Virus record (IMG/VR): IMGVR_UViG_2912838376_000002
Span: 1 to 64,000 of that record
Length of the DNA: 64,000 bases
Strand: one strand, 5' to 3'
Source of the DNA: a virus
Taxonomy: Duplodnaviria > Caudoviricetes
A program made the position numbers and the translations under genes. Positions 1-11,289 of the stretch are shown here, piece by piece (position 1 is the stretch's first letter; each line of letters opens with the position of its first letter). The notes beneath the pieces were generated by a model. It searched no databases. It was not told the DNA's origin and was given only the letters and a program-made list of their open reading frames with translations.

Positions 1-588
1 AAGAATGTAGGAAGTAGAACTTGGCGTACAGATTATGTCATATATAAGCAAAATGGACAAGTTAGACGAAACCCGTCAGAGTGGCGTTATGAATATGACG
101 ACAAAGAAGTATTTCATGGAGAATGGGTAGAACTTCGAAACAAAATCCAGGATGGCATTGCAGTTAAAAAAGGAACAAGATGGGGTAGTAACAAATGTTT
201 ATTCTTCCTTGACCACAATGATTGGAGACAAAAATTGCAAGGAAAAGAAATCTTGGATGTAAAGCTTTATATTCGCAGAAGAAATACTGCACACGGATAT
301 CCGGAGGATGGTCGTTTCCTTCATGTATGGGCACATAACTATGGAGGGAAGTGGGATCTGCCTCCAGCATGGCAGGGCCCGCAACTTTTCAACCATCAAA
401 AGATAGAAAGACTAGATTTTAACCGAGGAGAATCACACTGGGTTCCTCTTAATAAGTCATTCGGTGAAGGCCTACGTGATGGTTGGATTAAAGGGGTAGC
501 CTTTTACCATCCGGAAGCAAGTTATGGGCCATATTCTTATATGCGTTTTGACGCTTTAACATTCCAATTTTACGTAAAATATCGATAG
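1..588 (+). CDS. Phage structural-region protein, 5'-truncated by the window edge
   Basis: Frame 1 is open from base 1 (KNVGSRTWRTDY...) into the listed 235..588 ORF; a terminator-like hairpin follows. Confidence 0.7.
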   Translation, partial: KNVGSRTWRTDYVIYKQNGQVRRNPSEWRYEYDDKEVFHGEWVELRNKIQDGIAVKKGTRWGSNKCLFFLDHNDWRQKLQGKEILDVKLYIRRRNTAHGYPEDGRFLHVWAHNYGGKWDLPPAWQGPQLFNHQKIERLDFNRGESHWVPLNKSFGEGLRDGWIKGVAFYHPEASYGPYSYMRFDALTFQFYVKYR

Positions 589-614
589 GGAGAGAGCAAT
601 CTCCCCTTATTTTT
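588..614 (+). terminator. Rho-independent terminator
   Basis: GGGAGA-GAGCAA-TCTCCC hairpin followed by CTTATTTTTT. Confidence 0.55.
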
Positions 615-631
615 TAAGGTGGTGACACGGA

Positions 632-3600
632 TTGGCACAGTACCAAAGAAACTTTTATTCTAGTTCATTATATGGACGACTAAAAGCATTTTATGGAGAT
701 TATCTAACAGAAGAATTTGATGCTCAAGAACCTTTTAGCTATCATATCGATGCAAAGATCCAAGCACAATTACCTTCTACTTTTTACGCAGCAACAAGCA
801 GAGAATTTACAAGAACCGATTCAACCAAGTGGACAGTATCGGGTACTGATATTAAAACAAGAACTGCTAATACACCAGTGGAATTCTTAGCTACGGGTGA
901 CAATTTGGAAGTTCATGTACGACTTCAAAACGTGGGAACTCAGAACATCGAAGCGAGGTTATATAAAGAAGAATTGGTAGCAGAAGCATATCAATGGGTA
1001 GAGAAGCAAATAAAATCAATCAATACTTATCCTTAACGAATCCAAATAAAGTAGATAAAATTGCTTTTGACTCTTACGGTTTTGGTGATTACAAAGTAGT
1101 TATCCAAGCACTTGATACGACAGCAGATGCAATCATTGTTGGAGGCAAATTAAGAACAAGTGATTTCAATATTGAAATTCGTACCTCTGCCAATAAAACT
1201 ACATGGTCTCAATGGGAGCCTATTACTTTAACGAAAGCATTTATTCAAGGACAGGATTATTTATGTACAGGACAGAGCGTGACATTATATCAAAACGTTC
1301 GTTATGTTCAAGGTAAAATAATTTTACTATCTTCGGATAATGCTACTTCTCCAATTATTGATAAGGTTGAATTGCGTTCAGAAGACAGTGGGTTATATGA
1401 TCAAAATGGTGATTACACTGTTAAAATCGATATGACGCAAGTAGCAAAAGTGTTGGTAAGACATTCAAATATGCAAGTAAGATACGTTTTATTCAGAAGC
1501 AACCAACTGGTACTGAAATGAATATTCGTTCTTCTTCTAGTCGAGACAATATATTCTGGGGCCCGATAACAGCGCCATATCGTCAAAATACAAATCGTCT
1601 TCGATTAAAACGTGGAGCAACAAATCACAGTGTAACACTAGGACCGATTAATGAAGGAACTAAGTTCGATTTCAGTAAAACAACTGCATTATTAAAGTGG
1701 GACACACAAGCATTCTCTCCTAAAGATGCAAGTAACACTAAGATATCTTATGTTTTCTCTAAAACAAGAACGAACCAAAAAGACCCTCGAAATCTTCTTC
1801 AAGTAATTGATAATCCGATGAATGTAAAAGATCGAGCGATGAAGTTCTCTCCTCAACCATATTTCCTAACTGTAGAAATGACACGTTCTTCAGTAAGAGG
1901 AACGCCGGTAGTTGACCTTATAGATATTTACCAAAACATCTTATACAAAGAAGTAGTCAATGTAATTAATAAAGATGTTTCTGCAGTAGATGGTTTAAGT
2001 ACAGGTAGAAAATCACTTCAAAAGATTAGCGATTATGCATTCAAGTATCCTAGTACCTCAAATCAAATTCCATTCAACCAACAGCAAATTACTTCTGCTC
2101 AACAAAAGTATGAGCTTACAGACCAAACAAGAAGACCTTCTGATGTTATGATTTACCTTAAATCAGAAGAAAGTAAAGGATCTAGAAAGGTAAGTCTACA
2201 TCTGCATCTGATGAAGTAATTGCAAAAGCTATTCAAAGGAAGTTGGAGTTTGGACAAAAAACAGGAGTCCTTATGCATTACCAATATGGTGCAGGGAAGG
2301 TTCAGTATTTAAGACCTTATGAAAGAGAAATAGATTCCACATTCACACCATTCTTACTACCTAATCTTAAGTACCGTTATTACATTCAAAATGGATGGCC
2401 AAACGAATTCCACAAGGTTGTTAATGGACAAACATTGAATGATGTAGCTGAAATGTATAACACAACGGTAACTGCAATTAAAACTATCAATAAGGATATC
2501 CTGCTGAATGAAGATGGAACATTAGTGAAAGACCAACTTATCACGATGCCAAACACATCTAAAAAACAGTGATGTTTCTCTATTGTTTAAGAATGGTACG
2601 GTTTATACGCAAAAATCTAGTCATAACTCAGTATATGACAAAGATCATGTGTAAACGTTACAGACTTCTCAAGTGAACCAATAAGTATTAAGGTTCCAAA
2701 CACTCCTCCAAAAGGATATGTGGATTGGGCATCAGAAGAAAAAATTTACACTGGTGTAATTAATGCGAATGATATCGCGGTGAATTTGTTCGTACACAGT
2801 TCAACCTTTCAACTCTTGCGGATTTCAATCGTGAATATATGGTAATAGAGGGTGATACTTGGGAAAGTATTGCTACTAAGTACGATGTTCACGTACAAGA
2901 CCTGAAGGTAGCCAATGATTCAATTGAAGATTAAAAGTAGGAGATACAATCATCATTCCTCCAAAATATTATTCTTCCTGCATTAGCTCCCGAAGCCGAG
3001 TTCGAAAATGCGATGCCTTATGAGATTTCTATTATTGAAGATTCTGTTCATAAGAAAAATGGAGTTAGAATTGATGAGTCCTTTGTTCCTATTGATTGGA
3101 GTGGAAAACATCTTCCTCTTGAAGTTACATATAGAACTTCTGAACTTCTAACAGCTGAAATGGTAAGAGGTGCAGATGCAAATGGAATGGATCCACTTCC
3201 TTGAGTGATGTTGTTGAGATTGTTTCTTGTAAGAAAGGCAGTGTAACATATCACATTGGAACGAAACTTTAAAAACAGGTGACTTCAAATTAAAGAGCAA
3301 CTACATTGATTGGTCTCCATCTCAAGCAGGAGTACTAGAGCCTGCAGCAGGAGAAGAATACGTTGTTGTTTATAAGCGTCGTGAAGTAGACAGTGTGAAA
3401 GTTCATTTAGATACAACTTTACTTCGAAAAAAATGGGAACAGACATTGTATGGCGTTCACCTGAAATAAAAGTATTTGATGGGGTTTGTACACCAACAGA
3501 AGACTTTAAACTGGAACTTCCTATCCTCAATCTTTCGAAGGATATGATGGTATCTACAAGAATATCGGATATATTATTGAGGATAATGACTTATGGGTAG

Positions 3601-3921
3601 AAACAGTTGTCCAAGATATCAATGGCAAGAAGTTCTTAATAGGGACTCTGAATGGAAAAGATCCAAGTAAGAATTGGCATCCTGAAATTCAGAAAGGTTA
3701 CTACTACCTAAAAGAACAAGAGCATTACCTATATTCTGAACCATTAAAAACGGTATTAACTGAAAAAGAATTACCGACAGCTGATGGTATCGAATATGTA
3801 AATGGAACAACTGGAATTGGGGCAATGTTATTACCTACTAGTAGCAACATGGTTAAAGATTCAGTGTTTTGAAAACGACAGTTGGAAAAAGGCTAAGGTC
3901 TTTAATGCAACATCATTCTAG
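632..3921 (+). pseudogene. Large LysM-containing baseplate/tail protein broken by many frameshifts (decay or sequencing error)
   Basis: Consecutive overlapping ORF fragments (632-1036, 994-1521, 1518-2219, 2243-2572, 3013-3204 ...) end at TAG 3919-3921. Two LysM motifs: HKVVNGQTLNDVAEMYNTTVTAIKTIN (~2410-2550) and YMVIEGDTWESIATKYDVHVQDLKVAN (~2835-2960). Confidence 0.7.
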
Positions 3922-3929
3922 TTTAGTTA

Positions 3930-3958
3930 AGGAGGGGAGAGATTCCTCTCCTTTTCTT
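3930..3958 (+). terminator. Rho-independent terminator
   Basis: AGGAGGGGA-GAGAT-TCCTCTCCT hairpin followed by TTTCTT. Confidence 0.6.
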
Positions 3959-4021
3959 ATGGACATTAATAAGAATAAAGGTTAGATTGTCAAAAGAAAT
4001 CAATAAAAAGGTGGTGCAGAA

Positions 4022-6497
4022 ATGTTCACTAATCCGGGAACAATTATTAAACATGCTACAATACCAAACGCTATTACATTCCAAAGCGCGGGATATGTTT
4101 CTATCTCCAATGAACTTTATGAAGATAGCAAAGTAGTATTCTCGTTTTCTAGACCTACAGAAAAAGTAGTATTAATCCCTAAATATTTAAGTGATGGAAA
4201 CTTCTTGTTTGCTTCTTTAGATAAAGAAAACCAGTTACATATAGGCGGAATTGTAAAGGATTCTGAGAAGATTTATGGAGTGGTAGATGCAAAGGATAAT
4301 ATCTTAGATTCTAACACTCTAACAATCTCTTCGGATGGATCTCACTTTACAGTTACTTTAAACAATAAAACAGTTTTTAAATTCGAATCTGCTTTATTCG
4401 TCAATGGACAAGTTCGTGTATATGGGGAAGCAGGAGAAATCTTTATTCTTGTGAAATACAAGAACCTCAATCTACTGCATGGACAAGTAATGTAGATAGT
4501 GGGGGAGTAGAGGTAAAAACAATTAAAATAGAAGATCATGAATATATTAAACTCTTAGGTTCTGCATCTAAGAAAGCCACATTCTCTCAATCTATCTCTT
4601 TACTTGCGAAAGACCATACGCTCTCATTCAATGCACAAGGGAATGGTGAATGTCTAATTAAGTCAGGAGATACAGTGTTAAAACAGATTGATATCTCAAA
4701 AGGAGACTTATCTTACATCTCTCAAACTTTCAATGTAGCAACCCCACAAACAATTACTCTACTATTCCAAACAAATGAAATTCTTATCGTGGGAAAACAC
4801 CAATTAGAAGACCGTGTAGATCCTACTCCGTACATACCGAACTCTAGTATTACTAGTTCAGTAGTTCGTAAGGGCTCATCATTAAAGTTCCCAGTAAAGA
4901 ACTTGTTTGATAAAAGAGCAGGAAGTATCTACTTAAAATTAACTACAAAAAACCGTATCGATAGAGATCAAACTCTTTTCCGTTCAGACACAAATGAACT
5001 ATCTCTTGCAGTACGTGGAACTAATTTATCTTATACCGTTGGCGCAAGTTCAATCACTATCCCTAAAACACTTGAAGGAAGTACGTCATATGAATTCCTT
5101 TGCAGTTGGAATGATGAAGGTATTGAATTAACTATTAATGGTGAAAATGCGAAAGCTTTAAATACAGGACTCCTACTTACAACTCCTCAAGAATTGATTT
5201 TTGCAAGTGAAGCAACACCTGTTCAGGAAGAAGTTATTTTAGAGGAATGGGCATTGTTCAATAACAAATTGCCAGCTACTTCTAACATTAAAACACAACT
5301 ACCTTTTGCGGTTATGCAATCTTTATTTGATGGAGGAATAAGTGGCCAGAATGTTACTTGGTCTGAAATCCCTGTAGCCCAATTGACCATTCACCAATTC
5401 TAGTGCAAAAAGAGAATGGAGATACGTTACAAAAAGTATCATTCTTTAATCATGAAACAGGAGCATACCAAACGTGGAATCAAGAACCATTCCAGTATGA
5501 CGGTAAGAGTGATTACGTTGAGGTTGCGTACAATAACCTTGATGAACAATTCAGGGATATTGCTATCCGTACAGAGGATGGAGAAAAAATAGGAGAGCCT
5601 TACAGAATAGATGGTAAAAGATTTTACTTCTCTTTCCATACAAACAGAAAGGCAGTACTAAAAAATAAAACCCTCTATGCAACGTACCAAGTGAATGACA
5701 CTTACACAATTGATTACAATATCAAAGCTGTTGATGGTTACCGAATTGATTTCGCTAAACATGATGGCGGGAAAAGAATTGTGTATCAAGAAGGAAACCG
5801 TTATGGTGAACCGAAGAAGCTAGCAACAATGATCGATATGAATCCAATTCAAAATCAGAATCATGAAGGGTTCTTATATATTACGAACACAATAAATAAG
5901 ACAGATAGCTTTAGAATTACAGCTACGCCAGACCGATTACATGCAGATGGCGCAAGTTTCTCAACGCTTATTATTGAGCCACTTGATTATCAAGGGAACT
6001 TCTTGTCTCACTCGAACTTAGAGATTATTGCTTCTAAAGGATTTGTTTCTAGACATGTATCAAGAGATGCAGTTGAAGCGCAAAAACGTTCAGGACAATA
6101 TCTGTATCAATACCATGCTCCATATATTCAAGCAAAGCGTGCAGGTGAGATTGTAGAGGATTATATTTGGATCACAGATAAAGATAACAATATTGGTGTT
6201 TGCTACAAGATGTTACTAAGCCCTGTGTCAAAACCAGATAAGGTTCAATTAACTAAAAGTGAAAAGAACTTATTAACTGCAAAAACAAGAATCATCAACT
6301 ACCTCCTTATGTATGAAGGGGTAGAGAGATATGAAGATGAAGTGCTATTCTCTATCTTAGATTTTAACCAAGATGGTCGCGTTACAATGGACGAGATTTT
6401 AGTCTTAGAAACAAATCAAAAAGATAATGAACTGACTATTATCTTAAACAAGTTAAAAGAATGGGAGGATACAAAACATGCAGCTGCAACCTCATAA
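4022..6497 (+). pseudogene. Beta-sandwich (LamG/ConA-like) virion protein, frameshifted near 4445 and 5390
   Basis: Fragments 4022-4495, 4675-5403 and 5403-6497 read as one protein; only 4022 has a good RBS (AAGGTGG); GSIYLKL...FLCSWNDEG pattern of LamG-like folds; C-terminal EF-hand-like DFNQDGRVTMDE. Confidence 0.55.
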
Positions 6498-9400
6498 AGA
6501 CCTTGTTCGTAGTGGGCAAAGAAATCGCGGGTATGCTATTCGTATCGGTAATAAAGTTCCTAAGAATAGTGCAAACCTTGCATATGTACAATCAAAATCT
6601 GTATCACCCGAGGAGAACATCTTATTAGAAGATGTTTCTTCTCAAATTAAAGAAAACGGATTATCTAATTTCATAGAGAAGGATTACATGGTTTATCCAA
6701 ACAACAAATTCTTATTAGAAACAGAATCCGGGCAAGCTATTTTTCCTACTGATGCAGTCTATGTAACAGATGAATTTACTATTCGTAAGAACCGTCAAGA
6801 CACTCCAAAACCAGTATTTTATCAGATGGAGTTAAAGGGGCGTTTCGATGCAAGAACTGCTCAAGTCATTCCTTATCTAGGTGGCTTTTCTTCTGAGACT
6901 GAGCAAGATACTATACCTTTAGAAGAAGTGGTATTAGATAAACGAAATGATTTAGTTTATGTAGGCAACAGCATTCGTATAGAAGCCAACGGAGGGCCAT
7001 TGGACGAGGATGATGTGTACAAGGTTCAATTAATTCGTGAGGATAATTTCATATACCGTATTGTTGTATTTACAAATTTCCGTAACAACAAAGATGTTAC
7101 ATACAAGGCAGTATACCCTAACTACCGAAGTGATATTAAACAGAACGAACTAAAAGAAGAAGTGCTTAATGCATATCCATTTTTTGAACAAGTAACAATG
7201 GGTGAGTTTGAAGATATCGTTACTGAAATGGAAATCGATCCAGACAAATACAAACATTTGAAAGTGTATGCAATTGAAGAGAAGGGGAATGATTTTTCTT
7301 TCTATGCAACATCTGATGTTATGATTGCAAATTATCAAACACGAACACCTCAACTATTTAAACATCGCGTCGAAGCAAAATTGAAAACCAAATTAAGTGA
7401 AACAAACCCAGGTAAGATGAATATTGGATTCAGTTTTGTTCAATCGGTAATCAATGTTGAAAACTTATCTTCTATTGGTAAGACGATAAATGAACATCTA
7501 TCACTTCCAAAGTATATAGAATTACAAAACCCACACCCAACAGAAGTGGATCTATTGAAGAAAGATGTACGATATTGGGCAGTTAACCTTGATATGCCAG
7601 ACCATCACTATGAGGATTATGATTTACTCGTTATAACTGGTTACGGTAAAGCCGACTTATCTATGTTTAAAGACAAGTTTGAGCATTACTTAAAAAATGG
7701 CGGTACGATTTGGATAGATAATGCCGGTAGTGGAATCAACATTCTTGATTTCAAAACGAGCAAAGGTAACACATTTATTTCCGACATCGGGTTCTCGTCA
7801 AGCAGCAATGAATTCGGAATTAAGGAAATTACAAAAGACTCTCCATATATTAGTCGTTTGCTACCAATTCAAAACGTTGGAGCTTTAGGCTATGCAGATA
7901 TCTCTCCAGCTATCTTATTTGGACAAGATGAAGAAAGTACGCAGTGGGATATAATTGTAAAACACTTAAATGGTGGGCCTTCTATTATCAAGAAAACACT
8001 GTTTGATAAAGGTACTGTTCTTGTTTCTAACTGTGGAATATTTAGAGCGTTTTACCACAACCAAAAAGAAAGTGTAAACCTTGTTTTGAACTCAATCCTT
8101 TATCATTCAGAAGAACAATGGGTATTTACTCCTTGGCGAAATGACTTCGTATATCACCGAGACAATTTATTTGCTCAGGAATACAAAGTAAACAACACGG
8201 ATGTTTATATTAATGACAGAAGTGATTACAATGCAAACCAAATTGTCGCTAAAAAAATCCTTTATAAGAACTGTAAAGAGTATGTGAAAATCTACTGCAA
8301 ACCTTGGTTCTATAATGCTACAGGAGTGTATGAACATGCTGTAGATGGTGATAAATCAATTCCAATTAACAATAGTGGATTTGAAAGTGGTCAGGTAGAT
8401 GCAGGTGGACAGCCTATTACTTCTTGGACAGCTGATACAGTAAATGCGATCCCTTCATGGAATACAAAGAAGTTAGCTGGTCAAACAGTTACATTCACAC
8501 ATGATTCTACAAAAAGCTTATTCGGTGTTCGTCAGGTGTCCTTAGACTCATCAAACGGAACAACAGGTGCTCAAGCCTTTTGGGAAAGTGAAGATATCTA
8601 TTTATCTATTGATGATTATAAAGTTACTGTATGGGCAACTATTGATCAGGTACGAGGAATTACAACGGATGGTATTAAGGTTGGTATCTATAACTTACAA
8701 GGTGAAAAAATCTCTTCTTCTATTTCTATTACAGGGAAGAAAGATTGGGTTAAGTTAGAAACGAATTTCCACATCGATAAGCCTCAAAACATTAAGATTC
8801 GTTTAGGCTTTGTGGATGGAAATGGTTTCGGTAAAGCAAGCTTTGATGATGTTACATTAGATACAATCGGAGCGGTTAGAGGTGTTGCACAGAATGAAGG
8901 AGAGAAAACTCTCTATGCATTCAGTATTAAACCAAATGCTACAACGATTGACATTGAAGCAGAAGGATTTGAAAATGCAAACATCACTAGAGCTACACCA
9001 GAAATTCCATTCACATACACGATTATGCCATTTATTCATCAGTGGATTTCCTTTGGCGTAGATCCAGGAACAGGACTAGAGTTTGGTCGTTATGAACGAA
9101 TGTATGGACCACCAGTTTCTTATTCTAAATCAATTCGCAAAACAGAAGGATTAAAGAATCTAGGTTACTTGCATACGTTGCTTCCTCCAGTTCCAAGTGG
9201 AAAACAATGGTATGACAAGAACAAAATCTTCTACAAGATTGCACTTGGTTCAGAAAGTTTAGAGGAAAACAATTTAGTTAATCTAAAACTATTTGACCGT
9301 AAAACAGGCATGGAATGGTTCTACAGTGGAGATCTTGTTATTGGCCACAAAGATATTTTCTGGGCAACAGACAAACCAAGTTTTGTTCTTCACGCTGAAA

Positions 9401-10992
9401 CTGGATTCGAAACAATAAGAGCTTCTAAGCGAAACTTTGGATTGAAGTTAATTGATGATCGTCGTATCTATAGTGAACTTCCTCAAACAAAGGACGCGAA
9501 AGAGAACTGGTATTTAAGAATCCATAACGGACAGTTCATTAAGGATGACCTTGGATATAAAGAGTGGTCAGAGCTACATGCTAGTAATAATCCTGCTGTA
9601 ATGAATCAATACAAAGAACGAGTTATGAAAAAAGAGAAGTACCAAGTCAACGAATACGCTTCTCAAATCTTTAATCCTTCTATCGGAATTATGACAGTAG
9701 AGAACGAGATGGAATACATTACTCCTTCTACAGTGAAAGTACCTCACAATAATCTATTTGTAAACCAAGGCTTTGTAGAGAAAGAGCAGCTTTTAGTTGA
9801 GGGATTAGCGAATTCTGCAGGAACATTGTTCCGAGCTAAACAAAAAGACTGGATTCGTAACGATAAAGTTCACATCTTTATAGATGCCGCAAACAACGGA
9901 AACATCGTGGAGATTTTCGAAGAGTATCCATTCGAGATTAATCATGACGAGGGTACTGTTTTCTTCCCAGGTAGAAATATAACTGGTAAAGTGTACGCTA
10001 CTTATGAACATCGTAACTTCCGCCTGTATAAGCGAATCTACAAAAATACAAAAATGTCCAACGACTTATTGGAGAATAAACGTATCGATCCGGTTACGAA
10101 AGAAGTAATTATGTATGGTTCAAAAGAAAACTGGTTAATCCAACCGGTGCCGGTTCTAAAAACTACTAAAGGCAAGGCAACATCAGCTAATACAATCCCT
10201 GCTACAAACTATCGCATCGATTATGAAAAAGGGAAAGTAGTCTTTAAATTTGAACCAGTTGGGCCTGTATATGCAGACTATGGTTATTTCGAAAACCAAG
10301 AGTTAACAGCAAATGATTATGATATCCAAAACGGAATCTTCTTCTTAAAAGAAAACATTTCATTTAAAGATGATTTATTTGCTAAGTATTCTTATTTCGA
10401 TAACTTCTACGAATACAAAGGCTCCTACAATGAAACACTTCGAACATTCCTTCATTTAGACCTCAACCCATCAGTGGGACATTACTCAACTCTTCCGATG
10501 ACAACTTATGTGAATGGTGTTCAAAAGGTAGAGTATAAGAAAGTTCCATCTTCAAAGCTTCTTAATAAGCTTATCCATATCTACATCGTTCCAGATTCTG
10601 AAAATGGAAACTCAATTCGTCACTGTTTCAGTAGGGAAGAATGGAGAAACATTCAACAGTCAAACCCTATGTATCTTCTACTTGCTAAGGTTCAAGTACG
10701 AGAGCATACGAGCGTTAAAGATGTGGTTGTTATGGATGCACGTACTCGCGGTGGTGGTATCTCTGAATCGTTATCAACTAAGACAATCGATGAAAGAGTA
10801 CAAGGAAGACAACGTTATTGGGATATTGGTAATTGGGATGGAAAAGCATTTTACCGAAATGGTGTCCTAATTGTCGCACTTCCTAAATCGATTCTAACTG
10901 AATACGGCGGTAACTTATCGGAAGAATACGCAAAAGAAGTTATTGATAAGCACGTTGCTTACGGAACGTACTGCATTATTGAATGGGAGTGA
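6478..10992 (+). CDS. 1504-aa virion/baseplate protein with an internal carbohydrate-binding-module-like domain
   Basis: Long ORF with GGGAGG RBS; NSGFE...W...ASFDDVTL CBM-like segment; tail-module context. Confidence 0.7.
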   Translation: MQLQPHKDLVRSGQRNRGYAIRIGNKVPKNSANLAYVQSKSVSPEENILLEDVSSQIKENGLSNFIEKDYMVYPNNKFLLETESGQAIFPTDAVYVTDEFTIRKNRQDTPKPVFYQMELKGRFDARTAQVIPYLGGFSSETEQDTIPLEEVVLDKRNDLVYVGNSIRIEANGGPLDEDDVYKVQLIREDNFIYRIVVFTNFRNNKDVTYKAVYPNYRSDIKQNELKEEVLNAYPFFEQVTMGEFEDIVTEMEIDPDKYKHLKVYAIEEKGNDFSFYATSDVMIANYQTRTPQLFKHRVEAKLKTKLSETNPGKMNIGFSFVQSVINVENLSSIGKTINEHLSLPKYIELQNPHPTEVDLLKKDVRYWAVNLDMPDHHYEDYDLLVITGYGKADLSMFKDKFEHYLKNGGTIWIDNAGSGINILDFKTSKGNTFISDIGFSSSSNEFGIKEITKDSPYISRLLPIQNVGALGYADISPAILFGQDEESTQWDIIVKHLNGGPSIIKKTLFDKGTVLVSNCGIFRAFYHNQKESVNLVLNSILYHSEEQWVFTPWRNDFVYHRDNLFAQEYKVNNTDVYINDRSDYNANQIVAKKILYKNCKEYVKIYCKPWFYNATGVYEHAVDGDKSIPINNSGFESGQVDAGGQPITSWTADTVNAIPSWNTKKLAGQTVTFTHDSTKSLFGVRQVSLDSSNGTTGAQAFWESEDIYLSIDDYKVTVWATIDQVRGITTDGIKVGIYNLQGEKISSSISITGKKDWVKLETNFHIDKPQNIKIRLGFVDGNGFGKASFDDVTLDTIGAVRGVAQNEGEKTLYAFSIKPNATTIDIEAEGFENANITRATPEIPFTYTIMPFIHQWISFGVDPGTGLEFGRYERMYGPPVSYSKSIRKTEGLKNLGYLHTLLPPVPSGKQWYDKNKIFYKIALGSESLEENNLVNLKLFDRKTGMEWFYSGDLVIGHKDIFWATDKPSFVLHAETGFETIRASKRNFGLKLIDDRRIYSELPQTKDAKENWYLRIHNGQFIKDDLGYKEWSELHASNNPAVMNQYKERVMKKEKYQVNEYASQIFNPSIGIMTVENEMEYITPSTVKVPHNNLFVNQGFVEKEQLLVEGLANSAGTLFRAKQKDWIRNDKVHIFIDAANNGNIVEIFEEYPFEINHDEGTVFFPGRNITGKVYATYEHRNFRLYKRIYKNTKMSNDLLENKRIDPVTKEVIMYGSKENWLIQPVPVLKTTKGKATSANTIPATNYRIDYEKGKVVFKFEPVGPVYADYGYFENQELTANDYDIQNGIFFLKENISFKDDLFAKYSYFDNFYEYKGSYNETLRTFLHLDLNPSVGHYSTLPMTTYVNGVQKVEYKKVPSSKLLNKLIHIYIVPDSENGNSIRHCFSREEWRNIQQSNPMYLLLAKVQVREHTSVKDVVVMDARTRGGGISESLSTKTIDERVQGRQRYWDIGNWDGKAFYRNGVLIVALPKSILTEYGGNLSEEYAKEVIDKHVAYGTYCIIEWE

Positions 10993-10997
10993 TTAGT

Positions 10998-11195
10998 ATG
11001 AATTATCCATTAGGAGCATTTCAGTACTATGACAAGGAGACAGATACAACCCACCTACAGTGGAGTTATGTTGACGATCCGAACCTTACTCATTTTGAAG
11101 TTGAAATCTATGATCAAAACTTACGTAAATGGGTGAAGTGTGATGGACGAAATGGAATTATAGAAAAGCAACCGAAAATGGGAAGTAACTATTAA
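10998..11195 (+). CDS. Small FN3-like protein
   Basis: GGGAG RBS before ATG 10998; LQWSY...HFEVEIY...W pattern. Confidence 0.55.
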   Translation: MNYPLGAFQYYDKETDTTHLQWSYVDDPNLTHFEVEIYDQNLRKWVKCDGRNGIIEKQPKMGSNY

Positions 11196-11198
11196 CCA

Positions 11199-11228
11199 AT
11201 GGGGCGGATAATTCCGTCCCGTTTTTTA
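11199..11228 (+). terminator. Rho-independent terminator
   Basis: GGGGCGGA-TAAT-TCCGTCCC hairpin followed by GTTTTTT. Confidence 0.7.
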
Positions 11229-11289
11229 TAGCAAAAGTAATTTGTAATGGTTATAAAAGAAGCATATTAAAGACAAAGTAGGTGAATGT

